A DNA stretch of 64,000 nt from Oscillospiraceae bacterium (GCA_031254575.1 JAIRUE010000069.1:2330-66329); one strand, 5' to 3'. Positions 1 to 10,024 are shown, counted from the stretch's first letter. The notes: a model not told the origin generated them from the sequence alone. A program made the numbers and translations.

Positions 1-1480
<1,480 letters not shown>

Positions 1481-1493
1481 TTACTCAAAATGC

Positions 1494-1522
1494 AGTATAT
1501 CACAAACAAGGGGGCGGTGTAA
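1494..1522 (-). promoter_or_regulatory. candidate sigma-A promoter of the PFOR gene (TTACAC-N17-TATACT)
   Basis: Minus-sense TTACAC (1522-1517), a 17-nt spacer, TATACT (1499-1494), about 30 nt upstream of the RBS. The -35 lies inside direct-repeat copy 1. Confidence 0.5.
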
Positions 1523-1546
1523 AGCAAAACCGGGAGAAATCCAAGG
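1510..1546. repeat. 37-bp direct repeat, copy 1 (GGGGGCGGTGTAAAGCAAAACCGGGAGAAATCCAAGG)
   Basis: Identical 37-mer recurs at 2433-2469. The flanks are unrelated. Confidence 0.95.
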
Positions 1547-1562
1547 CCCGCAAAGAGTAAAT

Positions 1563-1775
1563 TTATACCGGCGCGGGCGGCGCGCCGTGCGATGAGCGGC
1601 GGGCTGCTTCAACAAGGACTTCAAATTCATTGCCGCGCCGGTTGATATGAGTAATGACCTCTTCCCGGCTCATGCCCTTACGGCATTCATCGTGCCATTC
1701 GCGGATTTTGCGAATGTCCTCAATGGTGAAGTCCGGGCTTATATCCGGCTTTGGGACGTTATTCATCATCCTCAC
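1563..1775 (-). CDS. small hypothetical protein (70 aa), possible partner of the adjacent PIN fragment
   Basis: ORF overlaps the upstream PIN-like ORF by 17 nt and lies in AT-richer DNA. I recognise no family. Confidence 0.35.
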   Translation of the reverse strand: MRMMNNVPKPDISPDFTIEDIRKIREWHDECRKGMSREEVITHINRRGNEFEVLVEAARRSSHGAPPAPV

Positions 1776-1980
1776 CTCCTAAAAGCGCGGGCGGCGTATA
1801 AATCAGCAAATCGTTACGCCCCTCAAGGGCAGTAATGGCCTTCACGCCCTGCATAGTTCTATGATTTACAATATGCTTAAAATTCCACGATACAACAGCG
1901 TCGCATCTGCTCACAATAGCGGCGGCGATGTGCTGACAATCACCATAGCTTTTTTGCTTCAATATGCCCAAGTCAACCAT
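1759..1980 (-). pseudogene. C-terminal half of a PIN-domain (VapC-like) nuclease, N-terminal half missing
   Basis: The sequence ..DCQHIAAAIVSRCDAVVSWNFKHIVN.. resembles the C-terminal acidic-residue segment of PIN toxins. It is only 73 aa and no N-terminal PIN motif is encoded upstream. Confidence 0.4.
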
Positions 1981-2074
1981 CTTGACAGCAATTCACATAA
2001 AGTACATAATGTTAATAAGTTTATGTAAGGCGCGTAAAATTATGACCGGCGTGATGGAAGGAAACGAAAGGCTG

Positions 2075-2302
2075 TTAATCCCGCATGAGCAGTTTATACG
2101 GCTCTACTTCCAACGCCTCCGCTATCCTGAACAGAGTACGGAGGCTAATGGGCTTATAGCATCCCGCCGCCTCAATTTGACTGTAATATGACGTTGAAAC
2201 GCCCAGCATTTCGGAAAAGACCTCTTGCGTATAGCCCCGGAGCTTCCGGTAATAGGCAATCCTGATCCCTATTTGCCGGAATATCTCCTCATACCCTTTC
2301 AC
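2075..2302 (-). CDS. XRE-family helix-turn-helix transcriptional regulator (75 aa)
   Basis: IRIAYYRKLRGYTQEVFSEMLGVSTSYYSQIE is a classic Cro/C1 HTH. Confidence 0.8.
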   Translation of the reverse strand: MKGYEEIFRQIGIRIAYYRKLRGYTQEVFSEMLGVSTSYYSQIEAAGCYKPISLRTLFRIAEALEVEPYKLLMRD

Positions 2303-2330
2303 TGCGCCACCCCCATAAAATTATAGGGGC

Positions 2331-2359
2331 TTGACAGAGTAAATATTACTGTCTATAAT
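2331..2359 (+). promoter_or_regulatory. orphan consensus promoter TTGACA-N17-TATAAT
   Basis: Perfect -35 (2331-2336) and -10 (2354-2359) with a 17-nt spacer containing the inverted repeat GACAG-N11-CTGTC. There is no plausible ORF downstream on the + strand. Confidence 0.5.
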
Positions 2360-2432
2360 GTTAAATAATACTCCTTATATGGTAGTATAATTTAAGGTAA
2401 AAGGAAATTAGGCCAATTGAAATGCTTTGACT

Positions 2433-2469
2433 GGGGGCGGTGTAAAGCAAAACCGGGAGAAATCCAAGG
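2433..2469. repeat. 37-bp direct repeat, copy 2
   Basis: Identical to 1510-1546. Confidence 0.95.
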
Positions 2470-2555
2470 TCTATTGGGGCGCGGGGTGTCCAGTTCGGGT
2501 ATCCTAATAAAAAGCCCTCCAAAACCTTCCCTGTCACCGTCTGCCCATAACCGCG

Positions 2556-2885
2556 TTATGCTTCACCTGTCAGCGTTTCCATGAACATTGACAGGCTTTT
2601 CTTCTGATTCGGGAGCAATCGCCTGTACTGTTCAAGCAATTTTTCTTCGGCTCCGCTCAATTCGTGCGCCTTCACCGGCTCGATTTTACGGTTTATATCC
2701 GTCCGGCCTACAAGGTAGTCTATGGACGTATCAAAAAAGTCAGCGAACGCAGTCAACGTAAGAATGTCCGGCTCATAGGAGCCGGTTTCATACGATTGTA
2801 TTTGTGATTGCGCTAAATCGAATTGGTCTGCGAGTTTCTGCTGGCTCAGTTTCCTGGATTCCCGAAGTGAGCGTAGGTTTTTCAT
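2556..2885 (-). CDS. XRE-family HTH transcriptional regulator (109 aa)
   Basis: LRESRKLSQQKLADQFDLAQSQIQSYETG HTH, with a C-terminal extension as in phage/ICE repressors. Confidence 0.8.
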   Translation of the reverse strand: MKNLRSLRESRKLSQQKLADQFDLAQSQIQSYETGSYEPDILTLTAFADFFDTSIDYLVGRTDINRKIEPVKAHELSGAEEKLLEQYRRLLPNQKKSLSMFMETLTGEA

Positions 2886-3089
2886 ATAACCAACCCCCTT
2901 CAGTAATTTTAACTAGTTACGCTTATTCATTGCAAAAAGCAAATCTTATTCTTTACAATAAAAATTTCTTATAGTATGATACAAGTACACCTTTTTATAA
3001 TGTCTGCAACCTTCTAAAGCGTGGGTGTTAATGGAAATGTAACATGAGAAAAAACACACCGGAAAATTCATATGCAGGAGAAAGCCATT

Positions 3090-3323
3090 ATGACCTACCA
3101 TGAGTACGCTGTCCGCATTTATTGTAAGGTTTTCAAGGTGGAAACTGACGGCGGCGATGCGTACGTTTGCGGAATACTGGACGCGATAGGCGAATTGACC
3201 GAACGCGAACAGACCGCTTTGGAATGTTATTACCACCGCGGCATGACATATAAACAGACAGGCTTATCCCTTGGCGGCGTCTGCGGCCAAAGGGCAAGCC
3301 AGATTTGTGAAAAGGCGCTGTAA
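3090..3323 (+). CDS. small sigma-70 region-4-like HTH protein (77 aa)
   Basis: LTEREQTALECYYHRGMTYKQTGLSLGGVCGQRASQICEKAL resembles sigma region 4 / LuxR-type HTH. AGGAGA RBS lies 6-7 nt before ATG 3090. The gene is divergent from the XRE gene. Confidence 0.55.
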   Translation: MTYHEYAVRIYCKVFKVETDGGDAYVCGILDAIGELTEREQTALECYYHRGMTYKQTGLSLGGVCGQRASQICEKAL

Positions 3324-3358
3324 CAAGCCGCGCCCTGATTTTGTCCCAAAATTTGCCC

Positions 3359-3387
3359 TTGCGTTTTCGCCGCCGGTCGGGTATACT
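3359..3387 (+). promoter_or_regulatory. candidate promoter of the ABC-F gene (TTGCGT-N17-TATACT)
   Basis: Hexamers at 3359-3364 and 3382-3387. This leaves a leader of about 225 nt before ATG 3618. Confidence 0.45.
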
Positions 3388-3565
3388 GGCGGTATCAACA
3401 AAAGCGGGGTGTAAGGATGATTCGTTAGTCTGATGGCCGACATGACAAAAAAGCCCGAAAGGGCTTGGTTGCCGGGCGTACGCCGGGCGTCGTGTGGGGA
3501 TTGGACTGGCGCGTTCATCCGGCAGCGGGCGGATTTTCGCCTGTGCGCCTTGTTGTACGGCTGTG

Positions 3566-3617
3566 ATCCTTTTCCGACGGCGCGTGACGGACGCCGGGCA
3601 TGGAAAGGGATTTTTTT
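3566..3617 (+). terminator. leader hairpin plus T7 tract that sequesters the ABC-F RBS (attenuator-like)
   Basis: ATCCTTTTCC (3566-3575) pairs with GGAAAGGGAT (3602-3611, the SD region), with an inner CGGCG/CGCCG stem. It is followed by TTTTTTT (3611-3617) directly abutting the ATG. Confidence 0.55.
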
Positions 3618-5105
3618 ATGTCACAAATCAGCGTATCGCACCTGACATTTGCCTATGACGGCAGTTATGACAATATCTTCACCGACGTCTCCTTCCAGCT
3701 GGACACCGCCTGGAAGCTGGGTTTTTGCGGGCGCAACGGGCGGGGCAAAACGACCTTTCTGAGACTTCTGACGGGGCAATACGAGTATCGCGGGACGATC
3801 ACCGCGAGCGTGGATTTTGAGTATTTCCCCTATCCCGTCGCCGACACGGCGCGGAGCACGCGGGATATTCTGACCGCGATCGCGCCGGACGCGCCGCTCT
3901 GGCAAATCCAGAAAGAGCTGTCCAAACTGGCGGTGGCGGAGGACGCGCTGGCCCGCCCGTTCGGCACCCTCTCCAACGGCGAACGGACCAAAGCCCTGCT
4001 GGCGGGGCTGTTCCTGCGGGAAAACAGCTTTCTGCTGATCGACGAGCCGACGAACCATCTGGATATGGCGGGGCGGGAGACGGTGGCGCGGTATCTGGAC
4101 GGGAAAGCGGGGTTTATCCTCGTATCCCATGACCGGGCGTTTTTGGACGGGTGCGTGGACCATGTGCTGTCGATCAATAAAATGAACATTGAGATTCAGA
4201 GCGGCAATTTTTCGTCCTGGTGGCATAATAAACAGATGCGGGACGAATACGAAGCGGCGGAAAATGAGCGGTTAAAAAAAGAGATAACCCATTTGGAGAC
4301 CGCCGCGCGGCGGACGGCGGCCTGGTCGGATAAGGTGGAAAAGAGTAAAAAACAACCCCTTAAATCCGGCCTCAGCGCGGATAAGGGGTATATCGGCCAC
4401 AGAGCCGCCAAAATGATGAAACGCTCCAAAAACGCCGAGAAACGCCGGCAGGACGCCGCCGAAGAAAAATCCGGTCTGCTCCGCAACGCCGAAACCGCCG
4501 AAGACCTAAAAATCCGCCCGCTGGCGTACCACACGTCCCGCCTGCTGTCCGTGGAAAACCTGTCCGTCGCGTACGGCGGGAGGGAAGTCTTTGGGAACAT
4601 GACATTCACCCTCAGGCAGGGGGACCGGCTGGCGCTCACGGGCGGCAACGGTTCCGGCAAAAGCAGCCTGCTCAAACTGATATGCGGGGAAGACATTCCG
4701 CACAGCGGAACGGTGACGCCTGGCAGCCGGCTTGTCATTTCCTATCTGCCGCAGGACGCGTCCGCGCTCGCGGGAGATCTGGACGAATACGCCGCAGGGC
4801 AGGGGATCGACGGCACACTGTTCAGGACCGTTCTGCGGAAGCTGGATTTTTCCCGCGCGCAGTTTGAAAAAGACATGCGGGACTACAGCGCCGGGCAGAA
4901 GAAAAAGGTATTGCTGGCCCGGAGCCTGTGCCAACAGGCGCACCTCTATATCTGGGACGAGCCGTTGAATTACATTGACGTGCTGAGCCGGATGCAGGTA
5001 GAGGAACTGATCCTGGCGCACCGTCCGGCGATGCTCTTTGTGGAGCATGACAAGGCGTTTTGCGACAATATCGCAACGGATATGATACGGCTGCCCGCCC
5101 TATGA
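3618..5105 (+). CDS. Lsa-family ABC-F ribosomal protection protein (ARE-type ABC-F, 495 aa)
   Basis: Two ABC cassettes with no TM segments. Collinear similarity to Lsa as I remember it: HLTFAYDG..WKLGFCGRNGRGKTTFLRLL, LSNGERTKALLAGLF, LLIDEPTNHLDMAGR, GFILVSHDRAFLD, a charged interdomain linker, SAGQKKKVLLARSL, YIWDEPLNYIDV. Confidence 0.85.
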   Translation: MSQISVSHLTFAYDGSYDNIFTDVSFQLDTAWKLGFCGRNGRGKTTFLRLLTGQYEYRGTITASVDFEYFPYPVADTARSTRDILTAIAPDAPLWQIQKELSKLAVAEDALARPFGTLSNGERTKALLAGLFLRENSFLLIDEPTNHLDMAGRETVARYLDGKAGFILVSHDRAFLDGCVDHVLSINKMNIEIQSGNFSSWWHNKQMRDEYEAAENERLKKEITHLETAARRTAAWSDKVEKSKKQPLKSGLSADKGYIGHRAAKMMKRSKNAEKRRQDAAEEKSGLLRNAETAEDLKIRPLAYHTSRLLSVENLSVAYGGREVFGNMTFTLRQGDRLALTGGNGSGKSSLLKLICGEDIPHSGTVTPGSRLVISYLPQDASALAGDLDEYAAGQGIDGTLFRTVLRKLDFSRAQFEKDMRDYSAGQKKKVLLARSLCQQAHLYIWDEPLNYIDVLSRMQVEELILAHRPAMLFVEHDKAFCDNIATDMIRLPAL

Positions 5106-5906
5106 CGGACAGTCCATCCCCAGGATTCTCCGCGCGTTGCCGCCTAAAATGGCGTCCACCGTCTCCGCCGGAAGCGGAAGCGCCCTCAAATGCCCGATTT
5201 CCGTTCCGGCGCTGCTCCAGGGGGCGTCCGAAGCGAACAGGATCTTGTCCGCGCCGTGCTTATCCAAAATCCGCAGGAATTGATCGCGCGGGAAATACTC
5301 AAAGCCCATCGAGGTGTCGAGGTAAAGCCCGCTGCCCGCCAGAACCGTTTCAACCTCGTCCCACTGGGCATGCCCGCCCAGATGCGCCGCGATCATGACG
5401 CCGCCGCGCATGGCCTTGGCTACGTTGAGAAACATTTGCGGGGAACTTTTGAACGGCGGTTTGAACGCGGGGTCATATCCCGCGTGGTGCAGAAGGATCA
5501 GCCCTTTGCCGAGGGCATAATCGTAAATCTTCAGCATCCTCTCGCCGTCAAGGATAAAATCCTGATACTCCGCGTGGAATTTCAGGCCCTTCAGCCCCAA
5601 CCCCGCGACAAAGTCAATATCCCGTTTGTAGTCGTCCGTGTGCGGATAGATCCCTCCGAACGAAATAATCCTGTCCGATTGGACGGAGGCGGCGAACTCG
5701 TTGGCCTTCTTCATCTGCGATTGCTTTGTGACCACCGGCTGAATGACGGATATGTCGATCCCCCAGCCGTCCATATTCTTCAGCAGCCCGCCAACCGTCC
5801 CGTCGCTTACCGGCGGATATATGTTGTCTATTTCCTCCGTCAGCGCTTTCATCGCTTTGGGGGCCAGCTCATCGGGGAAAACGTGGGTGTGAAAATCAAT
5901 GACCAT
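5100..5906 (-). CDS. amidohydrolase-family metal-dependent hydrolase (TIM barrel, COG2159-like)
   Basis: N-terminal IDFHTHVFP metal motif, internal HHAGYD and a C-terminal FASDAPW motif. Confidence 0.75.
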   Translation of the reverse strand: MVIDFHTHVFPDELAPKAMKALTEEIDNIYPPVSDGTVGGLLKNMDGWGIDISVIQPVVTKQSQMKKANEFAASVQSDRIISFGGIYPHTDDYKRDIDFVAGLGLKGLKFHAEYQDFILDGERMLKIYDYALGKGLILLHHAGYDPAFKPPFKSSPQMFLNVAKAMRGGVMIAAHLGGHAQWDEVETVLAGSGLYLDTSMGFEYFPRDQFLRILDKHGADKILFASDAPWSSAGTEIGHLRALPLPAETVDAILGGNARRILGMDCPS

Positions 5907-6156
5907 CCGTAAATCCTCTTATATACATTTATCAGGCCGCACCGGCGTCTCCGCGCCCGGGACCGCCCTGCCGGGAAGTGAAAAGCGTCCATGCGATCCA
6001 CATATTTTATATCGTCGTTCCCGGCCTTTTCTTTACCGCGCTTTTGAAAACACGCTTGCCGCGCGGCGGGGGTTATGCTATATTGGGTTAGCGGCGTGCG
6101 CGGTTTCGCGCGTACAATAGGAAACCCATCGAAACGGAACAAAGGGTGCGGATCAG

Positions 6157-6855
6157 ATGAAATATCTTTATGAAACCCATATGCACACGTCCCCGGTCAG
6201 CGCCTGCGCCGCCAGCTCGCCCGCCAGTCAGGCGCGCGCGTATAAGCGCAGGGATTACGCGGGCATCATTGTGACGGACCATTTTACGAACGGCAACTCC
6301 GGCTGTCCGCCCGGGCTGCCGTGGGATGAAAAGATGGCGTTTTTCGCTTCCGGCTATGAGGAGGCGAAAAAGGAAGGCGGCCGATGCGGGCTGGACGTCT
6401 TTTTCGGCTGGGAATTCAATGTTGAAGGGACGGAATTTCTCACCTACGGCCTGTCCCTTGATTTTCTGCTGGCGCACCCCGATATGGATAAGCTGCCGAT
6501 AAGGCAATACAGCGGCCTTGTGCGGAGCGCGGGCGGATACCTCGCGCAGGCGCACCCGTTCAGAACGGCCAACTGGATCAGGAATCCGGGAGCGGTGGCA
6601 CCGGACCTTATGGACGGGGTGGAAGTCTATAACGCCGGCATCCCCGACGAAGCCAACACAAAAGCGTTTGACTTTGCCCGCCTGCACGGCCTGCCGGTAC
6701 AGGCGGGCAGCGATTCACACCACGAGATCCTTCCGTTTTCCAGCGGAATCGCTCTCCCCAAGAAAGCAGAAAGTATCGCCGACATCATAGACGCCATCAA
6801 AACAAACCGGGCGGAGCTCATTCTGCCGGACAGAATGAGCGGGCAATGGGTATAA
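6157..6855 (+). CDS. PHP-domain phosphoesterase
   Basis: YETHMHTSPVSACA..IIVTDHF..AHPFR..GSDSHH are PHP His/Asp motifs. Confidence 0.75.
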   Translation: MKYLYETHMHTSPVSACAASSPASQARAYKRRDYAGIIVTDHFTNGNSGCPPGLPWDEKMAFFASGYEEAKKEGGRCGLDVFFGWEFNVEGTEFLTYGLSLDFLLAHPDMDKLPIRQYSGLVRSAGGYLAQAHPFRTANWIRNPGAVAPDLMDGVEVYNAGIPDEANTKAFDFARLHGLPVQAGSDSHHEILPFSSGIALPKKAESIADIIDAIKTNRAELILPDRMSGQWV

Positions 6856-6908
6856 AAGACATCATATAATGACAAGCAAAGGGGACAATAACGCCGGAGG
6901 GGATGACA

Positions 6909-7538
6909 ATGAAACTGTGTAAGAAAGCTGTTACAGCCGGCGTTTCAATTGCTCTGTCGGCGCTGCTCATGTGTGCTCCCGCGCTTTCCGCGTCCGCCGT
7001 TTATACGGTAAAATCCGGCGATTCGCTGTGGAAGATAGCGGTTAAATATGAAATCGGCCTTTCCGAAATCAAGGCGGCGAATCCTCAGATTAAAAATTTC
7101 GACTTGATTTATGTGGGGGATAAGGTCAATATCCCGGAGGCGTCGTCGCTCAAGTCCTTTGAGGAGGAAGTCGCGCGCCTTGTGAATATCGAACGGGCCA
7201 ACCGGGGACTGCCCGCCCTGAAACTCAACTGGGAACTGTCCCGCGTAGCCCGCTATAAATCGCAGGATATGATCGATAAAAAGTATTTTTCACACGATTC
7301 GCCGACTTACGGGACCCCGTTCAAAATGATCGAATCGTTTGGCATCAAGTTTTCGGCGGCCTCGGAAAATATTGCATACGGTCAAAAAACGGCGGCGGCC
7401 GTCATGAAAGACTGGATGAATTCGCCGGGGCACCGTTCCAATATACTCGCCGCAAATGTTACGCAGGTCGGGGTCGGAGCGGCAAAAGCGGGTAACGGAA
7501 CGCTGTATTGGACGCAAATGTTCATCCGCCCCCGCTGA
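6909..7538 (+). CDS. secreted LysM + CAP/SCP (YkwD-like) domain protein
   Basis: Signal peptide ending ALSASA, LysM (YTVKSGDSLWKIAVKY..GDKVNIP) and a CAP domain (NIERANRGLPAL..YFSHDSP..ENIAYG..WMNSPGHRSNIL). The second ATG (6909) has better spacing to GGAGGGG. Confidence 0.8.
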   Translation: MKLCKKAVTAGVSIALSALLMCAPALSASAVYTVKSGDSLWKIAVKYEIGLSEIKAANPQIKNFDLIYVGDKVNIPEASSLKSFEEEVARLVNIERANRGLPALKLNWELSRVARYKSQDMIDKKYFSHDSPTYGTPFKMIESFGIKFSAASENIAYGQKTAAAVMKDWMNSPGHRSNILAANVTQVGVGAAKAGNGTLYWTQMFIRPR

Positions 7539-7560
7539 CCGGATCCCGGGTCCGTTACGC

Positions 7561-7609
7561 GGAAAAAACAGAAGGACCGCGTCCGTAACGCCGTCCTTCT
7601 GTTTTTTCC
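7561..7609. terminator. bidirectional rho-independent terminator
   Basis: AAAAAACAGAAGGAC..GTCCTTCTGTTTTTT hairpin between convergent genes. Confidence 0.8.
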
Positions 7610-7615
7610 GCGTGT

Positions 7616-8896
7616 TCAGGGCGCGAGAACGGCGCCCAATACCAGTATCCCCTCGTTATCTCTGTATATCTCGTCAAACTGCGATATGGGGAGAGGGTTG
7701 ACGCCATAGCCCGCCTCGATTGTATAACCCGGCCTGTTATAGGTCTGGATAAACCAGTCTTTGTATCCGGCAAAACTCGACGCGTACGGCGTTTGCTCCA
7801 AAGCGTACCCGCTTGCCGCGGACAGCCGCGCCCCAATACTCGCGGCGTTGGCCGGATTGTAATCTAAATACTGCCAGTATATGACCCTTCCCTGCGTATG
7901 ATACGACAGCGTCAGGCGGAAATTGTGCGCCAGCGTAAACTGATAAACCGAAACCGATTCCGGCGCGGTAAGCGGCGCGGAGCCCACATAATCCCGCGGC
8001 GCGGGGCTGACGAAGCCCTGCGCGAATTTGATCTCGCGCGCCTGCTCCCAGTTGGCGGGAAACTGTAAATTCAGATCGGTTCCCCGGATATTTGCCTTCC
8101 ATCCCTGGGGAAACGGAATGGAGGGGTAATCTTCTGATATTGCTTCGGCTTGCCGGTATGCCTCAGAGTCCGGCCGGATCGCTCCCGTCACCAAATCAAC
8201 GCCGTCCGGATTGACCATGGGAACAAGATAAATCGAAACATCCCGCAGGATATTTCTCGCGCTGTAACCGGCTATATTTGTGTTATGGACGTACGCCCTC
8301 AGTAAATTCTCCGCGAAACGCATGACGACCGGCGTGGTTATCCACTCGTTCGCGTGAAAAGAAGCGTTATAGAAGACTTCTTTGGGACCGGTCCCCAACC
8401 GCATGTAGGGGATCTGCCTGCACAGCGCGCTGCTGCCGATGGAACCCGTTCCGATAAAGGGATATATGGCTTTTAACGCGCCGATGTTCATGGTCAGTAT
8501 GTCATACGAATAACTTATGTCCCCCGGCACGACGGTTCCGAGCGGCACCACCAGTTTCTGCCCGATCTGCAGGTTATACACGTCTATGCCCGGATTTGCC
8601 GCAATGATGCCGTCGATACTGCTCCCATAGGCGTTGGCAAGCCGGAACACGGTGTCTCCCGCCTGAACGGTGTGTACGTCATACCCGTTTATCAGCGGCA
8701 TTAAGTTGAGCCATGTGCTGCTGCCGGCGATCCCGTCGCCGATAAGCCCCCTGCTTCGCTGAAACGCCGCGACGGCGTTATATGTCTGATTTCCAAAAAT
8801 GCCGTCGATGTTACCCGTTAAAAAACCCAGTTCTTTCAATTTGCTCTGCAACAGCTCCACAAGCGGCCCCGTCGAGCCGATTCTCAGCGTTTCCAC
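7616..8896 (-). CDS. PG-binding + LysM + M14 zinc carboxypeptidase (gamma-D-glutamyl-meso-DAP peptidase I-like)
   Basis: PG_binding_1 (GSTGPLVELLQSKLKELGF..IDGIFG), LysM (HTVQAGDTVFRLANAY) and M14 motifs (FHANEWIT, VPMVNPDG, YHTQG). Confidence 0.75.
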   Translation of the reverse strand: METLRIGSTGPLVELLQSKLKELGFLTGNIDGIFGNQTYNAVAAFQRSRGLIGDGIAGSSTWLNLMPLINGYDVHTVQAGDTVFRLANAYGSSIDGIIAANPGIDVYNLQIGQKLVVPLGTVVPGDISYSYDILTMNIGALKAIYPFIGTGSIGSSALCRQIPYMRLGTGPKEVFYNASFHANEWITTPVVMRFAENLLRAYVHNTNIAGYSARNILRDVSIYLVPMVNPDGVDLVTGAIRPDSEAYRQAEAISEDYPSIPFPQGWKANIRGTDLNLQFPANWEQAREIKFAQGFVSPAPRDYVGSAPLTAPESVSVYQFTLAHNFRLTLSYHTQGRVIYWQYLDYNPANAASIGARLSAASGYALEQTPYASSFAGYKDWFIQTYNRPGYTIEAGYGVNPLPISQFDEIYRDNEGILVLGAVLAP

Positions 8897-8962
8897 ACAA
8901 TCACCTCAAAACAGTATATGCGGAAAACACAATAACGGGCATTTGCTTTACCGGGCTCTTGT

Positions 8963-9367
8963 TTAATCCTCTTTGTCGGTCTTATGTTTGTAAACGTCCC
9001 GTTTCCATTCCTCTATATGTTTCCGGACCGCCTTAAAACTCTGTTCGCTCATGCCATGTTCCATTTTACAGGCGTCACTTACGGCGGTTTCCCTGTCGAC
9101 GCCTAAAAAAATCAGCCAGTCGGAAATGAGCGTGTGCCGCTCATACATACTCCGCGCGATCTCCAGCCCGCTGCCGGTAAGCGTGATATGCCCGTCGCCG
9201 TCCACAAGGATATGCCCGCTTGCCCGCAGGTTTTTCATGGCGACGCTCACGCTGGGCTTTGTATATTCAAGCTCATTGGCAATATCGACCGAGCGTACCG
9301 GTTCCCCGTTTTGTCCCAGCATCAGGATAGCTTCCAGATAATTCTCCGCGGATTCCTGTATCCTCAA
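8963..9367 (-). CDS. DtxR/MntR-family metal-dependent transcriptional repressor
   Basis: ENYLEAILML..VRSVDIANELEYTKPSVSVAMKNL..ERHTLISDWL..ACKMEH. Divergent from the feo operon. Confidence 0.85.
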   Translation of the reverse strand: MRIQESAENYLEAILMLGQNGEPVRSVDIANELEYTKPSVSVAMKNLRASGHILVDGDGHITLTGSGLEIARSMYERHTLISDWLIFLGVDRETAVSDACKMEHGMSEQSFKAVRKHIEEWKRDVYKHKTDKED

Positions 9368-9471
9368 CTCCTCACGCCCCTTTTCAGTTATACGTGGCTA
9401 ACCTAGCATACCACGGCAGGCGTCGTTTTTCAAGCGAAAAAGGGGTGAGACAAAAAATTTTGCGAAACCTC

Positions 9472-9523
9472 TTGACAACCAGGTTAGTATATGCTAACAT
9501 AGGTATAGTTAGCGCGTGCTAAC
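9472..9523 (+). promoter_or_regulatory. feo promoter (TTGACA-N17-TAACAT) overlapped by two GTTAG-N6-CTAAC palindromes
   Basis: -35 at 9472-9477. Box 1 GTTAGTATATGCTAAC at 9483-9498 and box 2 GTTAGCGCGTGCTAAC at 9508-9523. These are iron-box-like (TTAGG..CCTAA type) dyads. Confidence 0.6.
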
Positions 9524-9570
9524 CACAGACGAGCCGGCGCGGCTTGCGTACCCGACAGAGAGGTGTGAAT

Positions 9571-9783
9571 ATGATGCCTTTAACAATGGCGAGGATCGGA
9601 GAGGAAAATTCCATCAAAAAAGTGGGCGGCAAGGAGGAAACGCGGCAGTTTCTGGCCAAGCTCGGGTTTGTTCCGGGTTCCCACATTACCATTATTTCTG
9701 AAATCAGCGGAAATGTGATCGTACATGTCAAAGAGTCCCGCGTCGCCATCAGCCGCGAGATGGCGACAAAGATCATTGTTTGA
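9571..9783 (+). CDS. feoA: FeoA family protein
   Basis: 70 aa, with the SH3-like FeoA pattern ..LGFVPGSHITII.. Confidence 0.8.
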   Translation: MMPLTMARIGEENSIKKVGGKEETRQFLAKLGFVPGSHITIISEISGNVIVHVKESRVAISREMATKIIV

Positions 9784-9802
9784 CACCGAAAGGAGAAAGG
9801 CT

Positions 9803-10024
9803 ATGCAAACGCTCAAAGAAACAAGACCCGGCGAAACCGTGAGGGTGGCGAAAATCGGAGGGCAGGGCCCCGTAAAGCGCCGTATCATGGAAATGGGTAT
9901 CACTAAAGGCGTAGAAGTGCATGTCCGTAAAGTAGCGCCCCTTGGCGATCCTGTGGAGGTCACGGTGCGCGGCTATGAGCTTTCGCTCCGGAAAGCGGAC
10001 GCGGAACTCATTGAGGTGGAATAA
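9803..10024 (+). CDS. feoA: FeoA family protein (second copy)
   Basis: RRIMEMGITKGVEVHVRKVAPLGDPVEV. AGGAGAAAGG RBS before ATG 9803. Confidence 0.85.
   Translation: MQTLKETRPGETVRVAKIGGQGPVKRRIMEMGITKGVEVHVRKVAPLGDPVEVTVRGYELSLRKADAELIEVE

Noticed and set aside
3447-3470. AAAAAAGCCCGAAAGGGCTT hairpin read as a minus-strand terminator
   Set aside because: No minus-strand gene lies upstream of it in that orientation. It is more likely part of the ABC-F leader fold.
3433-3645. 70-aa ORF in the ABC-F leader that reads into the ABC-F gene
   Set aside because: It has no SD and is out of frame with the ABC-F gene, and it spans the predicted leader hairpins. The region is more plausibly untranslated regulatory RNA. 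I could not define a convincing leader peptide.
5960-6156. Leader of the PHP-domain gene with GGGUU..AACCC and GCGCG..CGCGC pairings after a TTGCCG-N17-TATATT promoter
   Set aside because: It is short, with no match to any riboswitch consensus I know and no terminator or RBS-sequestering alternative. The evidence is insufficient to call a regulatory RNA.
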